From a virus (taxonomy: Duplodnaviria; Caudoviricetes): a stretch of DNA of 64,000 bases. Under the pieces are notes generated by a model, which had not been told where the DNA came from, did no database searches, and was given only the letters and a program-made list of their open reading frames with translations. Each line of letters begins with the position of its first letter. The first letter of the stretch is position 1. This document shows positions 1 through 9,091 of this stretch, in pieces. The stretch spans positions 96,001 through 160,000 of the IMG/VR virus record IMGVR_UViG_3300028833_000061. One strand, given 5' to 3'. The position numbers were made by a program, and so were the translations under genes.

Positions 1-44
1 AGCAGTATTGCCGCTGCAGTTATCCATCCGCTTGATTCAATCAT
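1..44 (-). CDS. partial hypothetical protein, runs off window start (MIESSGWITAAAIL...)
   Basis: ATG at 42-44 overlaps the stop of 41..241 (ATGA coupling); frame stays open to the edge. Confidence 0.4.
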   Translation of the reverse strand, partial: MIESSGWITAAAIL

Positions 45-241
45 TCGAAGACATCCTCGTGTTTGATTTGTCCAGACATGGACAGCTGCCAGATTATCGT
101 GTGTTCGGCCATTTCGAGGGTATAAAGATCATTATTGCATTCGACCCAGTACGGTATGAACGGGAACGGCTTGTACGCCAGTGAATATCCCCGCAGTTTT
201 CCAGTCTCTTTGTTGAAATGTGCGATTATTTTCCACTTCAT
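41..241 (-). CDS. hypothetical protein
   Basis: ORF 41..259; ATG at 241 (MKWKII) preferred over the upstream TTG; co-oriented with neighbours. Confidence 0.55.
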   Translation of the reverse strand: MKWKIIAHFNKETGKLRGYSLAYKPFPFIPYWVECNNDLYTLEMAEHTIIWQLSMSGQIKHEDVFE

Positions 242-297
242 TTGTTTTTTTTTCTCCAATAGGTAAACGCAAGGAGAGCTGTAGTTAAAGGACGGTA

Positions 298-327
298 GGC
301 ACGACGCGGATTTCTCCGCGTCGTGCC
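298..327 (-). terminator. 13-bp hairpin with GAAA loop (terminator or processing site)
   Basis: GGCACGACGCGGA-TTTC-TCCGCGTCGTGCC perfect inverted repeat just downstream of 337..696; weak U-tract. Confidence 0.5.
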
Positions 328-336
328 ACCATCCCG

Positions 337-696
337 TTAATCTCGTATGAATATCCAGTTAAGGACGATCCATACGAGAGCCACCCAGACGATCACTTTC
401 GTCACTCCGGGCGCCAAAAGTTGGAGCACGAAGCATACGACTGCTATAGCCTTTGCTTGTGCTCCGAACTTTTCTTCGTCTGTGGAGGCTACGGTGACAC
501 CGTATTTCTCCATCCGGCTGCGCATGTGAAACACCGCAACCATCAGTAGAAAAGTCGCACCGAAGAACTTCGCGAACTCCGCGACGGCATTTCCGGCAAT
601 GCCATGCCCAAGGGCTTTCATCCCAATAAGCATGGCAAAACCGAATGGTATGAGCCAGAAACCAGTCTGGCCCTCCTCTTCATCTTGGTTTTCCAT
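337..696 (-). CDS. small multi-pass membrane protein
   Basis: 3-4 hydrophobic segments; ATG lies 6 nt after TATAAT (probably leaderless). Confidence 0.7.
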   Translation of the reverse strand: MENQDEEEGQTGFWLIPFGFAMLIGMKALGHGIAGNAVAEFAKFFGATFLLMVAVFHMRSRMEKYGVTVASTDEEKFGAQAKAIAVVCFVLQLLAPGVTKVIVWVALVWIVLNWIFIRD

Positions 697-703
697 CAAT
701 ACA

Positions 704-730
704 TTATAACGTTTTGTTGGATTTTATTTA
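704..730 (-). promoter_or_regulatory. conserved phage promoter motif TAAA-N15-CGTTATAA
   Basis: one of six intergenic copies with identical spacing. Confidence 0.65.
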
Positions 731-856
731 CTTGGCCGAAGTTTCACGCATAAACTCTATCGCGTTCTTAAATCCTTTTACGCCTTTTATGAAACTGTTT
801 ACAAAAATAGCCATGACTATCAAAATACCGAGAAGTTCAAACGGATTTTCTTTCAT
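728..856 (-). CDS. 42-aa membrane peptide (MKENPFELLGILIVMAIFVNSF...)
   Basis: translated by hand; fills the gap between 696 and 866; one TM segment. Confidence 0.5.
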   Translation of the reverse strand: MKENPFELLGILIVMAIFVNSFIKGVKGFKNAIEFMRETSAK

Positions 857-865
857 CGTTTTTAC

Positions 866-1129
866 TCAGTAGTATTTTCTGCGTTCTATGTCATACGACG
901 TTCTTCTTGTAGTCGGAGTCGTATGTAGACCGTATCTGTTTCTCATTTCTGCAACAAGTCCTGCTACAGGGACTGCTCTAGCATCCTCAGATTTGTCGTT
1001 TTCAAGGTATTCTCTTGATCTATCAAGTCTAAGGTACCAGTATGGAGACTTCGACGTTTTGCGCTCAACACATCCTCGTCTAACTGGACAGTCAGGCGCT
1101 GAGTATTCTTTTACGTGTATTGTTTCCAT
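866..1129 (-). CDS. hypothetical protein
   Basis: 87-aa ORF with AAGGA upstream. Confidence 0.6.
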   Translation of the reverse strand: METIHVKEYSAPDCPVRRGCVERKTSKSPYWYLRLDRSREYLENDKSEDARAVPVAGLVAEMRNRYGLHTTPTTRRTSYDIERRKYY

Positions 1130-1250
1130 TGACTTGTAGATCCTTTTGTTGCAGACTAATCAGTACTTTGATTCATGTACGCAGGAACATACCTCACGTC
1201 AATACCACGAATCGCAGTTGAAACACAGTTTACAGCAGATTTACCGATAG

Positions 1251-3248
1251 ATGCAAGAACATCATACGTCTGAATCGCAGGCTGCAGCTTCTTGTTCATA
1301 TGGCGAGACCAGTCTCGAAGAAACTTTCCGCCACTCTGGTCTCTCCTTAGAAGAGACTGCCGAAGTTTTGCCAGATCAAACGACTCGTTCGGAGTCCTCT
1401 GGCGAACTGCCTGCCGACCTTGCGATGTTTGGTGTAGGCAAGAATCCGAAGAAAGTTGAGTATCACGATAGAGAACTAGACCTTTCTGAGAAAATTTCAT
1501 CTAATTTATCCAGTGAAAGTTTGAGGGACATCCGATCCTACATACAAATCCCCAACATTACGCGGACGTTGCGAACCGTCCACAGATCGGAGTTTCTTCC
1601 TGGACTGTTTCGTCTAAACGGGAGGCCTTTTCATCTGAGAGGCCGCGAGCCGTTCAAGGTACTGTTCGAACACGAGCAACCAAAACGGCTTATTGTGTTA
1701 TCCGGTCGCCAATGCGGTAAGTCTGTGTCATTGGCCTACTCAGAAATCTTCGACTGTATCAGCATTCCCAATTTCAAGATCCTCTACGTTGCGCCTCAGG
1801 AAGTACAGGCACAACGCTTCGGAAACGGTTACTTGTCAGAGTCTCTTAATTCGTGTGCGCTCGCGAAGCTCCTGCAGGCAAAGGACCTGGAAGGAGTGTT
1901 CACGGACACGAAGATCCTTACTGCAGTCATGCACCAGTCGTTCGCCAACGGATCTTCAATACAGTTGACGTACGCAAAGACCAGCGCAGACCGAGCCCGC
2001 GGTATCACCGCAGACAGGATCGATTTCGATGAGATCCAGGATCAATTGATAGACAACATCCCGATCATTACCGCCTCGCTGACAACGTCCGACTTTCAGT
2101 TCGAGCGTTACACAGGAACGGCGAAAACCATCGACAACACGATCGAGTCCTTGTGGCAGGATTCGAGCATGTGCGAATGGGTGATGCCTTGCGAAGGCTG
2201 CGGAAACTGGAACATACCGAACGACGACAATCACGTCTACGACGGAACTATGATCCAGGCCGACGGCCTTCACTGCACCAAGTGCGGGAAGAAGCTTGAC
2301 GTTCTTCGCGGAGAGTGGATGGCCACATACGAAAACAAGATGACCGAATTCCAGGGCTATCATACTCCGCAGATCATCTTCCCGGCTATTGTCAACAACC
2401 CCAACCTGTGGTCCAGAGTCGTCACGAACAAGATCAAGCAGACAGAAGCCGCTTTCAAGCAGGAGACTTTGGGAATATCCTGCTCCACAGGCAGTAGAAT
2501 CATAACTCAAAGGGACATCGACGAGCATTCGCTGCTTCCGTCGATGCTTGAGCTGCAGAAGGACTTGAAGCGCTATCCAATGCTCGTAGGCGGTCTTGAC
2601 TGGGGTGGCGCGGAAGAGCAGTCGTTCACTGTTCACACGATCATTGGAATACGTGCAGACGGAAGACTTGACGTCGTGTACGGCCACAGATACCAGGGAT
2701 TCTCGCCTGACGAGGTCATGCCGTCGATCGCAAAGGCGCACCGTTTCTACGGATGCGACTCGCTGGCGGCAGACTATGGAATGGGCTTCGACAAGAACAT
2801 CATGCTGCAAAAGCTGTTCGGCATCAAAATGTGCCAGATGATGTTCTGCCACCAGAACAAGCTTCTGTCCTACTCTCCCACCCTCGGGTATCCAAGGTGG
2901 ACCGTCGACAAGACAACGGCTTTGGACACGCTGTTCATGGCGATCAAGAATCACCGTATGTTCTTCCCGAGAGAAGGATTCGAGACGCTGACGAAAGACC
3001 TGCTGTCGCCATTTGAAGAGGTGTCTGACGTAGGCGGGCTTTCAAGAAGAAGATACCTTAGAAACCCGAATCAGCCAGACGACTTCTGCATGGCCTTGTG
3101 CTTCGGAGCTATGTTGGCCATGAAGCTGGTTTACGGCTCCGACAACATCGACATGATACCCGACTCCGCGTTCAACAGGGGCATTACGGACGACACGCCG
3201 CCGGATCTTACAGTGCTCGATCCGGCAGACGTGCTCACAAGCTTATAA
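1251..3248 (+). CDS. terL: terminase large subunit (true start may be ATG 1425)
   Basis: Walker A SGRQCGKS; RARG and Walker B IDFDEIQD; TGT motif III; CxxC...CxxC zinc ribbon; nuclease motifs GGLDWGG and PDDFCMA. Confidence 0.88.
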   Translation: MQEHHTSESQAAASCSYGETSLEETFRHSGLSLEETAEVLPDQTTRSESSGELPADLAMFGVGKNPKKVEYHDRELDLSEKISSNLSSESLRDIRSYIQIPNITRTLRTVHRSEFLPGLFRLNGRPFHLRGREPFKVLFEHEQPKRLIVLSGRQCGKSVSLAYSEIFDCISIPNFKILYVAPQEVQAQRFGNGYLSESLNSCALAKLLQAKDLEGVFTDTKILTAVMHQSFANGSSIQLTYAKTSADRARGITADRIDFDEIQDQLIDNIPIITASLTTSDFQFERYTGTAKTIDNTIESLWQDSSMCEWVMPCEGCGNWNIPNDDNHVYDGTMIQADGLHCTKCGKKLDVLRGEWMATYENKMTEFQGYHTPQIIFPAIVNNPNLWSRVVTNKIKQTEAAFKQETLGISCSTGSRIITQRDIDEHSLLPSMLELQKDLKRYPMLVGGLDWGGAEEQSFTVHTIIGIRADGRLDVVYGHRYQGFSPDEVMPSIAKAHRFYGCDSLAADYGMGFDKNIMLQKLFGIKMCQMMFCHQNKLLSYSPTLGYPRWTVDKTTALDTLFMAIKNHRMFFPREGFETLTKDLLSPFEEVSDVGGLSRRRYLRNPNQPDDFCMALCFGAMLAMKLVYGSDNIDMIPDSAFNRGITDDTPPDLTVLDPADVLTSL

Positions 3249-3507
3249 CTTTTAGTTTGTTGTACAGATCAGACATCCTCTTGCAGTATTCCAGTTTTCC
3301 TCTCAGAAATTCTGCGATGCTTGGTTTAAACCCATCTACATACCAAGTATTAGGAGTCCACCATTTGCAGTCCCTGCTGGCGAAAGCTGGATACTTCAAA
3401 ACTGTGCTCTCAGTAACAACGACGGCATAATTCGGCCAATCGTTCTTAAGAGTATCCAGGTCCTTGCTGTTCTCTAGTACGACCTGGAATTCATCGAAGT
3501 AGATCAT
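3235..3507 (-). CDS. hypothetical protein
   Basis: 90-aa ORF with AAGGAAA RBS; converges on terL. Confidence 0.6.
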   Translation of the reverse strand: MIYFDEFQVVLENSKDLDTLKNDWPNYAVVVTESTVLKYPAFASRDCKWWTPNTWYVDGFKPSIAEFLRGKLEYCKRMSDLYNKLKVISL

Positions 3508-3521
3508 TTATTTTCCTTTCT

Positions 3522-3920
3522 TCATATCCAGTCGTCCTTCTTCAACGAAAACAAGACATTAAGCTCGTCGATAATATTGGTGCCCTCTATATACGAGTCT
3601 CCGCTGTGCACGAGGAACGTATTCGAGAACGGACATTTCTCTGCCCATTCCAGAATGTGATCGACGAAGCCTGCCGGTGTCATTATTTTCTTTATGTTCT
3701 CATTGACTATAACCGAACTTGAATACTTTTTGGCAAAATTAAGAGCGGTGATGGCCTTGTATAGCTTCTCCATTTCGTCTAATGGCACACCGTGATTTCT
3801 TTTAGAATCGGCCCCGTTCGTCCTACTGAAAAGCTCCTTTTTGACTAGAGCAATGAAGTCGTCTGGGGCGTCGAGCAGGTTAGAATACGTCATAGCCATA
3901 GTTTTGATTGACTGCATCAC
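3522..3920 (-). CDS. hypothetical protein (start may be 3899)
   Basis: ORF in a tightly packed minus-strand run. Confidence 0.6.
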   Translation of the reverse strand: MMQSIKTMAMTYSNLLDAPDDFIALVKKELFSRTNGADSKRNHGVPLDEMEKLYKAITALNFAKKYSSSVIVNENIKKIMTPAGFVDHILEWAEKCPFSNTFLVHSGDSYIEGTNIIDELNVLFSLKKDDWI

Positions 3921-4242
3921 TCAGCATGTTTCTCAGTCCTATCATGGCGTAAGCAGGATCGTTGTCGAAGATTTTTCTGAACGAGCAACTGTAGCGCGAT
4001 ATATCCTTAAGCCGCTTGAACAGCGACTCTCCGCTATAAGACAAGAACCTTTCCCTAAGGTCTTCCCTGAAGGAGCATCCTTTGGCGAACATATCCTTGT
4101 TTAGTAGCTCAAGCGCACGTTTCACAGCGATATTTACGTACCACTCGTTAAGCGTGCTTGGATAGTCTCTGGCTTCTTCCATAATCTTTACGAAGTCCTG
4201 CCATCGTTTCGTATTCTTCTTGCGTTCTTCAGCTATTGTCAT
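3880..4242 (-). CDS. hypothetical protein
   Basis: 120-aa ORF, ATGA-coupled to 4239..4397. Confidence 0.6.
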   Translation of the reverse strand: MTIAEERKKNTKRWQDFVKIMEEARDYPSTLNEWYVNIAVKRALELLNKDMFAKGCSFREDLRERFLSYSGESLFKRLKDISRYSCSFRKIFDNDPAYAMIGLRNMLSDAVNQNYGYDVF

Positions 4243-4397
4243 TTCTTGTCGTACCAGAATGCAGCCGAGAAAAGGAACCCGAAGGCGGCTACTGCTAATA
4301 TTCCGCTGACAACGATGTTCCCGTTAAGCCCGAACAAAACAGACGACACCAGATCGAGGATCGCGGCAGCAAGGTTAAGAACGAATGTCCTGTTCAT
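4239..4397 (-). CDS. 52-aa two-TM membrane protein (MNRTFVLNLAAAILDLV...)
   Basis: translated by hand; ATGA overlaps at both ends. Confidence 0.6.
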   Translation of the reverse strand: MNRTFVLNLAAAILDLVSSVLFGLNGNIVVSGILAVAAFGFLFSAAFWYDKK

Positions 4398-4852
4398 TCG
4401 CTTACTCTCCAGACTGCTGCATACGGCGCCTCGTGCGCAAGATATACGAGGTCGTCGATAGCCTTCTTGGCGTTCGACGGAATGGGCGTCCAGTAATCGA
4501 TCTTGAACGGCCCGTTTCCGAAGCCTTTCTTCTCAAGCTCGTCGTGATGCTTCCTTGCCTTGTCTATATACGGGCCGTCTGGAAGCATCAAAAGGTACAC
4601 GGAACACGAGATGAGCTTCTTTATCGTGTCCTTGCACTTCTTTCCGTCCAGCCAGTCGATTCCTTTCTTTCCGAACATCTGTTTCCTTCGATAGAAAACA
4701 TGATAGTTTCCGGTGATGCTCATCTCGAGGTTGGAGTCAGGAATTACATCTCCGGTCCTTGGATCTATCCTGACGTTGGGACCGGACACCACTCTTGGGT
4801 TCTTGGCGGTGCATACTTCACCGTCCAAGACAACGGATACTGTTGAACTCAT
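4394..4852 (-). CDS. hypothetical protein
   Basis: 152-aa ORF coupled to both neighbours. Confidence 0.65.
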   Translation of the reverse strand: MSSTVSVVLDGEVCTAKNPRVVSGPNVRIDPRTGDVIPDSNLEMSITGNYHVFYRRKQMFGKKGIDWLDGKKCKDTIKKLISCSVYLLMLPDGPYIDKARKHHDELEKKGFGNGPFKIDYWTPIPSNAKKAIDDLVYLAHEAPYAAVWRVSE

Positions 4853-5286
4853 TTCTTTTTGTTATTCTTCTGCGAAGATTTTTCTGCCTGGGCCAGGATG
4901 ACTTTAAGTATTTCTGCGTTGTCATAGTTGCGAATGTAATCCTTGTGAGTACTGCTGAGCAGCTTGTGTAAATCTGCGACTTTTTTTGTAAGTGCGCTAT
5001 GAGATTCAAGGTATGAAGCCAGAACGCGCTGTAGATCTGAAATAAGCCTGTCTGAGCGCTCTTCGAGGTGCCACATGGTACTTCCGAGAGCTGTTGTTGC
5101 TCCTCCGCATACGATTATTGGATACACCAACTTCGAGAATCTCTCATCTTCAAAATCAACGAAGTCGTCTTGGTTTAAGTCTCCGACCTTAGTTGTAAAC
5201 AAAGCTTTTTTCGCGTGTTTGAACAGAATAGCGTCTTCCGGCGTTGAAATAACCGTACCGAAAAAAGCACTGATTTTTAAAATCAT
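4849..5286 (-). CDS. hypothetical protein
   Basis: 145-aa ORF with AGGA upstream. Confidence 0.6.
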   Translation of the reverse strand: MILKISAFFGTVISTPEDAILFKHAKKALFTTKVGDLNQDDFVDFEDERFSKLVYPIIVCGGATTALGSTMWHLEERSDRLISDLQRVLASYLESHSALTKKVADLHKLLSSTHKDYIRNYDNAEILKVILAQAEKSSQKNNKKK

Positions 5287-5386
5287 TTCCTATTCCTGGT
5301 GTGGTGGAACTTCCTTTTCACAGGAAACCAGAAAAACCACATTGAACAAGGGCTGGTCCAGACCTTATTTCTTACTTTGCTTTTCT

Positions 5387-5545
5387 TCATTTCCTTCTTC
5401 TCCTGCGTTTGAAGTCAGGTACGACTATATGACCTTTGTCAGGATGATTCAGGTCGGGCTTCTCCCACCACTCCATGGTTCTGACAGGCGGTGGTTCGAA
5501 CGCGTGCAGTGCTACTACTGCCAATGCCTTCTGTTCTTTGCTCAT
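5387..5545 (-). CDS. 52-aa basic-tailed peptide (MSKEQKALAVV...FKRRRRRK)
   Basis: translated by hand; GAGG RBS. Confidence 0.45.
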   Translation of the reverse strand: MSKEQKALAVVALHAFEPPPVRTMEWWEKPDLNHPDKGHIVVPDFKRRRRRK

Positions 5546-5570
5546 GTTGTCCTCATTTTATTACCTTGGT

Positions 5571-5642
5571 AAAAGAAAAGCCGCCAGCATCAGTTCATGA
5601 CCGTGAATTTTCCCCTTTTCCAGAAAGACTGATGCTGACGGC
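5571..5642 (-). terminator. long hairpin plus U-tract, 3' end of a short promoter-proximal RNA
   Basis: 5580-5594 pairs with 5628-5642, followed on the minus strand by TTTTCTTTT. Confidence 0.55.
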
Positions 5643-5675
5643 GTAAATCAAATGTGAAGGATTCCCTTCAAATAT

Positions 5676-5702
5676 TTATAACGTTTTTAGTACCGATATT
5701 CA
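5676..5702 (-). promoter_or_regulatory. promoter motif TGAA-N15-CGTTATAA
   Basis: copy of the six-member motif. Confidence 0.55.
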
Positions 5703-6211
5703 GGGATTTCCAACGTCAATCCTCCGTCTTCGTCAAAGCCGGATGTCATTATCTCGTAGTCGTAGTCCTGTATACCGGCACGCATGGCCTCGACAACGTC
5801 TTTTGGAACGTTGTGTATGTCCTTGTGCTCTCCGGTCATTCTGAAGACGACCTGTGGAATGCCCATGGAATCTGCAAAATTTATAAGATCCATCATATGA
5901 ATCTGCTTGATGAACGTGTTGGATACGATAACAGTCGCTCCACGCATCATAGACTGGATAGCACCACTGTTGCACCACTCGATCGCGTCAGGCAGTCTTT
6001 CCTTGGACCACTCATATTTTCCATTCTTCATGAAGAACTGGTCATTCTCGTAGTGAACGATACCATGATCGGACGTACTTAGCTCAAGGAGCCTGTTTGC
6101 GAACGTAGTTTTGCCTGATCCAGGTGCTCCGCGAACGATTATCAGCTTCTGAGGATGGAAAACAAACCGAAGCCACGATGTGGTTTCTGTCGCATCAAGT
6201 TTGATTGTCAT
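5687..6211 (-). CDS. P-loop kinase (AAA_33 / polynucleotide-kinase-like)
   Basis: IIVRGAPGSGKT Walker A; VIVSNTF; HNVP motif. Confidence 0.8.
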   Translation of the reverse strand: MTIKLDATETTSWLRFVFHPQKLIIVRGAPGSGKTTFANRLLELSTSDHGIVHYENDQFFMKNGKYEWSKERLPDAIEWCNSGAIQSMMRGATVIVSNTFIKQIHMMDLINFADSMGIPQVVFRMTGEHKDIHNVPKDVVEAMRAGIQDYDYEIMTSGFDEDGGLTLEIPEYRY

Positions 6212-6250
6212 TTTTTGGTTGTTTGGTTGGTTGTTTTTGGCGTAAAAACT

Positions 6251-6285
6251 AAGAAAAAACGCAGCCTTTTACGGCTACGCTTTTC
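6251..6285 (-). terminator. intrinsic-terminator-like hairpin
   Basis: GCGTAGCC-GTAAAA-GGCTGCGT followed by TTTTTC. Confidence 0.55.
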
Positions 6286-6296
6286 CGTTCATGTAA

Positions 6297-6323
6297 TTAT
6301 AACGCAATTTTTAACAAAAATAA
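6297..6323 (-). promoter_or_regulatory. promoter motif TTAT-N15-CGTTATAA
   Basis: copy of the six-member motif. Confidence 0.55.
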
Positions 6324-6332
6324 CGTTTTTCG

Positions 6333-7724
6333 CTATTTTGCGAGCGCTCTAACAGCAGGAGCGACAAGATGCTCTATTTTCGGGTAAACTCCGAAGAAAA
6401 ACGGGTACGCCATAGCGGCTCCGCGGTCATCCGCTATGCCCCTGTTAAGTTCTTCTACATTATAGTTCATCGCTTCCCTGGCCGCGTCTGCATATCTATC
6501 GAAAACACCAGCAAATTCCGGCTTTTTTAAGTCCTCTGGGCCAATTCCGAGCATCGAAAGACGTTCTCCGAACGCTCTATTGAACGACTCATTGTCCGTT
6601 ATGTGATACGCATTAAGTATAGATTCTACGTTGGATCTGTATTCATCTGCCTTTTCCATGTCTCCAGACCCAATCGCATCGGCATAATCATACACTGTCT
6701 TAAGGTCTTCCAGTGTTTTGTTTATTTCGTTGGCCTTAGCGATCATGTTGCTGCGCGCTTCTCGCTTGTCTAGAATTCCATTGATTGCGGAAAGCGAATG
6801 CCCTAGTATGTTTGCCTGTCCAAGCGGGCTGAATGAATCCGAAAACGTCGGTGTCATACCGAGCATTATCTTAGACGTATCAGAAAATCCCTTAGAGTCG
6901 TCCTGTACAGGCGGAACAGTGACATCGCCTAGAACACCGTGTGTAGCTCCGTATGAAGGATCCCTGCCTGCTCGTGTAACAGTCTCTATTCCCATGGGAA
7001 CAGCCTTAGCCATAGCTTGTGCATACGCTATCGGTGCCTTTGCTATAGCGGTTCCGCTGCCAAGTTCCATTGCCAAAAGGCTTGCATCGGCTATAGGCTT
7101 TTCTGCAGTCACAACCCCGCCTGGATTGTCCGGGTCAGAATACAAAGAGTGTCTTAGCTTTTCGTGGTTGTAGTTAAGCCACTTTTCCCAGTCCTTTGCG
7201 TTTCTTTCTCTCCCAAACGGTGCTCCAGCTATGTCTGCTATTCTTGCACTTCCGAGCATGGCCCTGTTTTTAAGGTCGTCAGCTGCCACTACAGGGGCAA
7301 AGAACGCATCGTGTACCCGTGTTAGCGCAGAATTGTCTACAGTACCGGCTATTCCATTGTCAGGCGTATATCCAGAGCCTGTCATCCAGTTGACTGTGCC
7401 GTTTACAGCTCCTCTAGTCGCATGTACCAAGTCTCTTGGTGTATCGTATGCGACAGCTTTAGCGGCGGCAGGCAAGTCTCTAGTGATGAAATCCTTGCCC
7501 ATTCGATACAGGTCTTTTCCTGTATCTACAACGGTTCCGCCAATTACCTTTCCCCAGTCTGTGCGTCCGTGCGATTCCGGGTCGCTCTGCACTGCTATCG
7601 AGTCTTGTACACGCTGTACATTGCTTGGATCTTTCCATATAGCCTTTACGGCATCTCTTTCGGCCGGACGAGGCCCGGCCTGTTTTTGCATACCTAGCAG
7701 GTGTAATAGCGCCCTTGTTTTCAT
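6333..7724 (-). CDS. probable internal head / ejection protein with short K-x-A propeptide
   Basis: 463 aa, Ala/Gly-rich and helical; MQKQA-G near the N-terminus. Confidence 0.5.
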   Translation of the reverse strand: MKTRALLHLLGMQKQAGPRPAERDAVKAIWKDPSNVQRVQDSIAVQSDPESHGRTDWGKVIGGTVVDTGKDLYRMGKDFITRDLPAAAKAVAYDTPRDLVHATRGAVNGTVNWMTGSGYTPDNGIAGTVDNSALTRVHDAFFAPVVAADDLKNRAMLGSARIADIAGAPFGRERNAKDWEKWLNYNHEKLRHSLYSDPDNPGGVVTAEKPIADASLLAMELGSGTAIAKAPIAYAQAMAKAVPMGIETVTRAGRDPSYGATHGVLGDVTVPPVQDDSKGFSDTSKIMLGMTPTFSDSFSPLGQANILGHSLSAINGILDKREARSNMIAKANEINKTLEDLKTVYDYADAIGSGDMEKADEYRSNVESILNAYHITDNESFNRAFGERLSMLGIGPEDLKKPEFAGVFDRYADAAREAMNYNVEELNRGIADDRGAAMAYPFFFGVYPKIEHLVAPAVRALAK

Positions 7725-9071
7725 CTATACGTTTATGTAATGGATGGACACTAGTCCGTTGTGTGCATCCCATGTAAATACCTGATGCTTCTTAACAGCG
7801 CCGATGAATCTTTCAAGATAGCTCCAAGAGTCGGATTCACACGGTGATCCTATTCTGCGCGTGATGAGCCCTGCATTCTCGTCCACCACCTTTTCGCAAT
7901 GCAGATGGCCCATGTGCAGCTCCCTGTACACCGTGCTTCCCCACTCCTTCGGGAACTCGGCCGGAATTGAAGCTATCGTACGTTTCTGATTTACATCTCC
8001 GTGGTTGTAGAACAGGCCTACGTTTCCGAAAGTAAACGCCTGCGTAGGGGTGTAGTCTTCCTTAAAATGAATAATGTCCTTGTTGTCGGAGAAGTACTCC
8101 TTTAGAGCGCAGTACAGGAAGAACTCCATCGCCCTTGCGTGATTTCCTGCACAAAGCATGACGTTCACGACAGGAAACACCTTGGCTAGCTGCTCGATGA
8201 AATACTTGTACATGTCTAGTCCGCCCATGAACATCTTCCTGAAGTCAGCGGCATTCTGTTGAGGGGTTCCCTTTGTCGTAGTAGTCGTTGACTCGCTGTT
8301 GAAGAAGTCTGACCCTATTACTAGCAGGCACTCGTCGGCGTTTGTCGTTGTCTGCAGATCTATGATTGAGTTGACGATCTTGTAGAAATACTCTTCCGCG
8401 ATATCCAGGTCGTAAGACGTGTGTGAAGCTATGTCGTTTGCTATCCTGCCGTAATGAAGTTCGATCGGTGGTATCTCTAGAAGCCTTGGAGCCCTGCCTA
8501 TGTTAGAGCCATCACGAACGTGTGGTGCTTTCTTGAGCTTTTCGCACTTTCCGATCTTTCCAGAAAACGCCTCTTTTGCGAGCGCCTCGTAGTCCTTGGC
8601 AGTGAGATCGGCCTCGTTCTTCGGCAGAATGACAGCCTTGATGGCGAAGCAGTCCTTGTTAACGCTCTTGGACGGAACGTCCCAGTTGGACAGCGTGTAC
8701 TTTCCAAGCTTGAACAGCTTAGGATCGTATCCTAGCGCCTGCAGAATGACCTCAGGTGTCTTCTTTACGTCATGGTCGAAGTATGCCTTCTTGAAAAGCT
8801 TGATACGGTTGAAGTCCGCATCTACATACTCCTTGCCGTCTTCTGGCTGGAAGTCAGTGTCGTATGCCGGAGCAGAGAGATCTTCTACATACTCTGTAGC
8901 GTCAGCAGGTTCTGCGCACGAGGCATACCAGCGGGAGTATCTTTTCCTGAGCTGCTCTCCTGTTACTTTTTGCTTTGTTTCCTTGTTGAAATATACGGCT
9001 GCTTCGTTCCAGGATTTTCCTGACTCACGCAGGAACATTACGTGGTGGAATATTTCTGTTATGTCTTTCAT
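7725..9071 (-). CDS. calcineurin-like metallophosphoesterase with N-terminal HTH-like region
   Basis: motifs ELHYG, GSDFF, GNHA, HGD and GHLH. Confidence 0.8.
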   Translation of the reverse strand: MKDITEIFHHVMFLRESGKSWNEAAVYFNKETKQKVTGEQLRKRYSRWYASCAEPADATEYVEDLSAPAYDTDFQPEDGKEYVDADFNRIKLFKKAYFDHDVKKTPEVILQALGYDPKLFKLGKYTLSNWDVPSKSVNKDCFAIKAVILPKNEADLTAKDYEALAKEAFSGKIGKCEKLKKAPHVRDGSNIGRAPRLLEIPPIELHYGRIANDIASHTSYDLDIAEEYFYKIVNSIIDLQTTTNADECLLVIGSDFFNSESTTTTTKGTPQQNAADFRKMFMGGLDMYKYFIEQLAKVFPVVNVMLCAGNHARAMEFFLYCALKEYFSDNKDIIHFKEDYTPTQAFTFGNVGLFYNHGDVNQKRTIASIPAEFPKEWGSTVYRELHMGHLHCEKVVDENAGLITRRIGSPCESDSWSYLERFIGAVKKHQVFTWDAHNGLVSIHYINV

Positions 9072-9091
9072 TGGCTGGTTTGGTTTGTGGT

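Noticed and set aside
1156-1500. 114-aa minus-strand ORF overlapping the terL N-terminus
   Set aside because: No motif or clear RBS; cannot be separated from a shadow ORF, so not called
1956-2954. 332-aa minus-strand ORF
   Set aside because: Antisense shadow of terL caused by codon bias; no motifs
5485-5510. GGTTCGAA T-loop-like sequence
   Set aside because: No cloverleaf around it, and it lies inside a small ORF; not a tRNA
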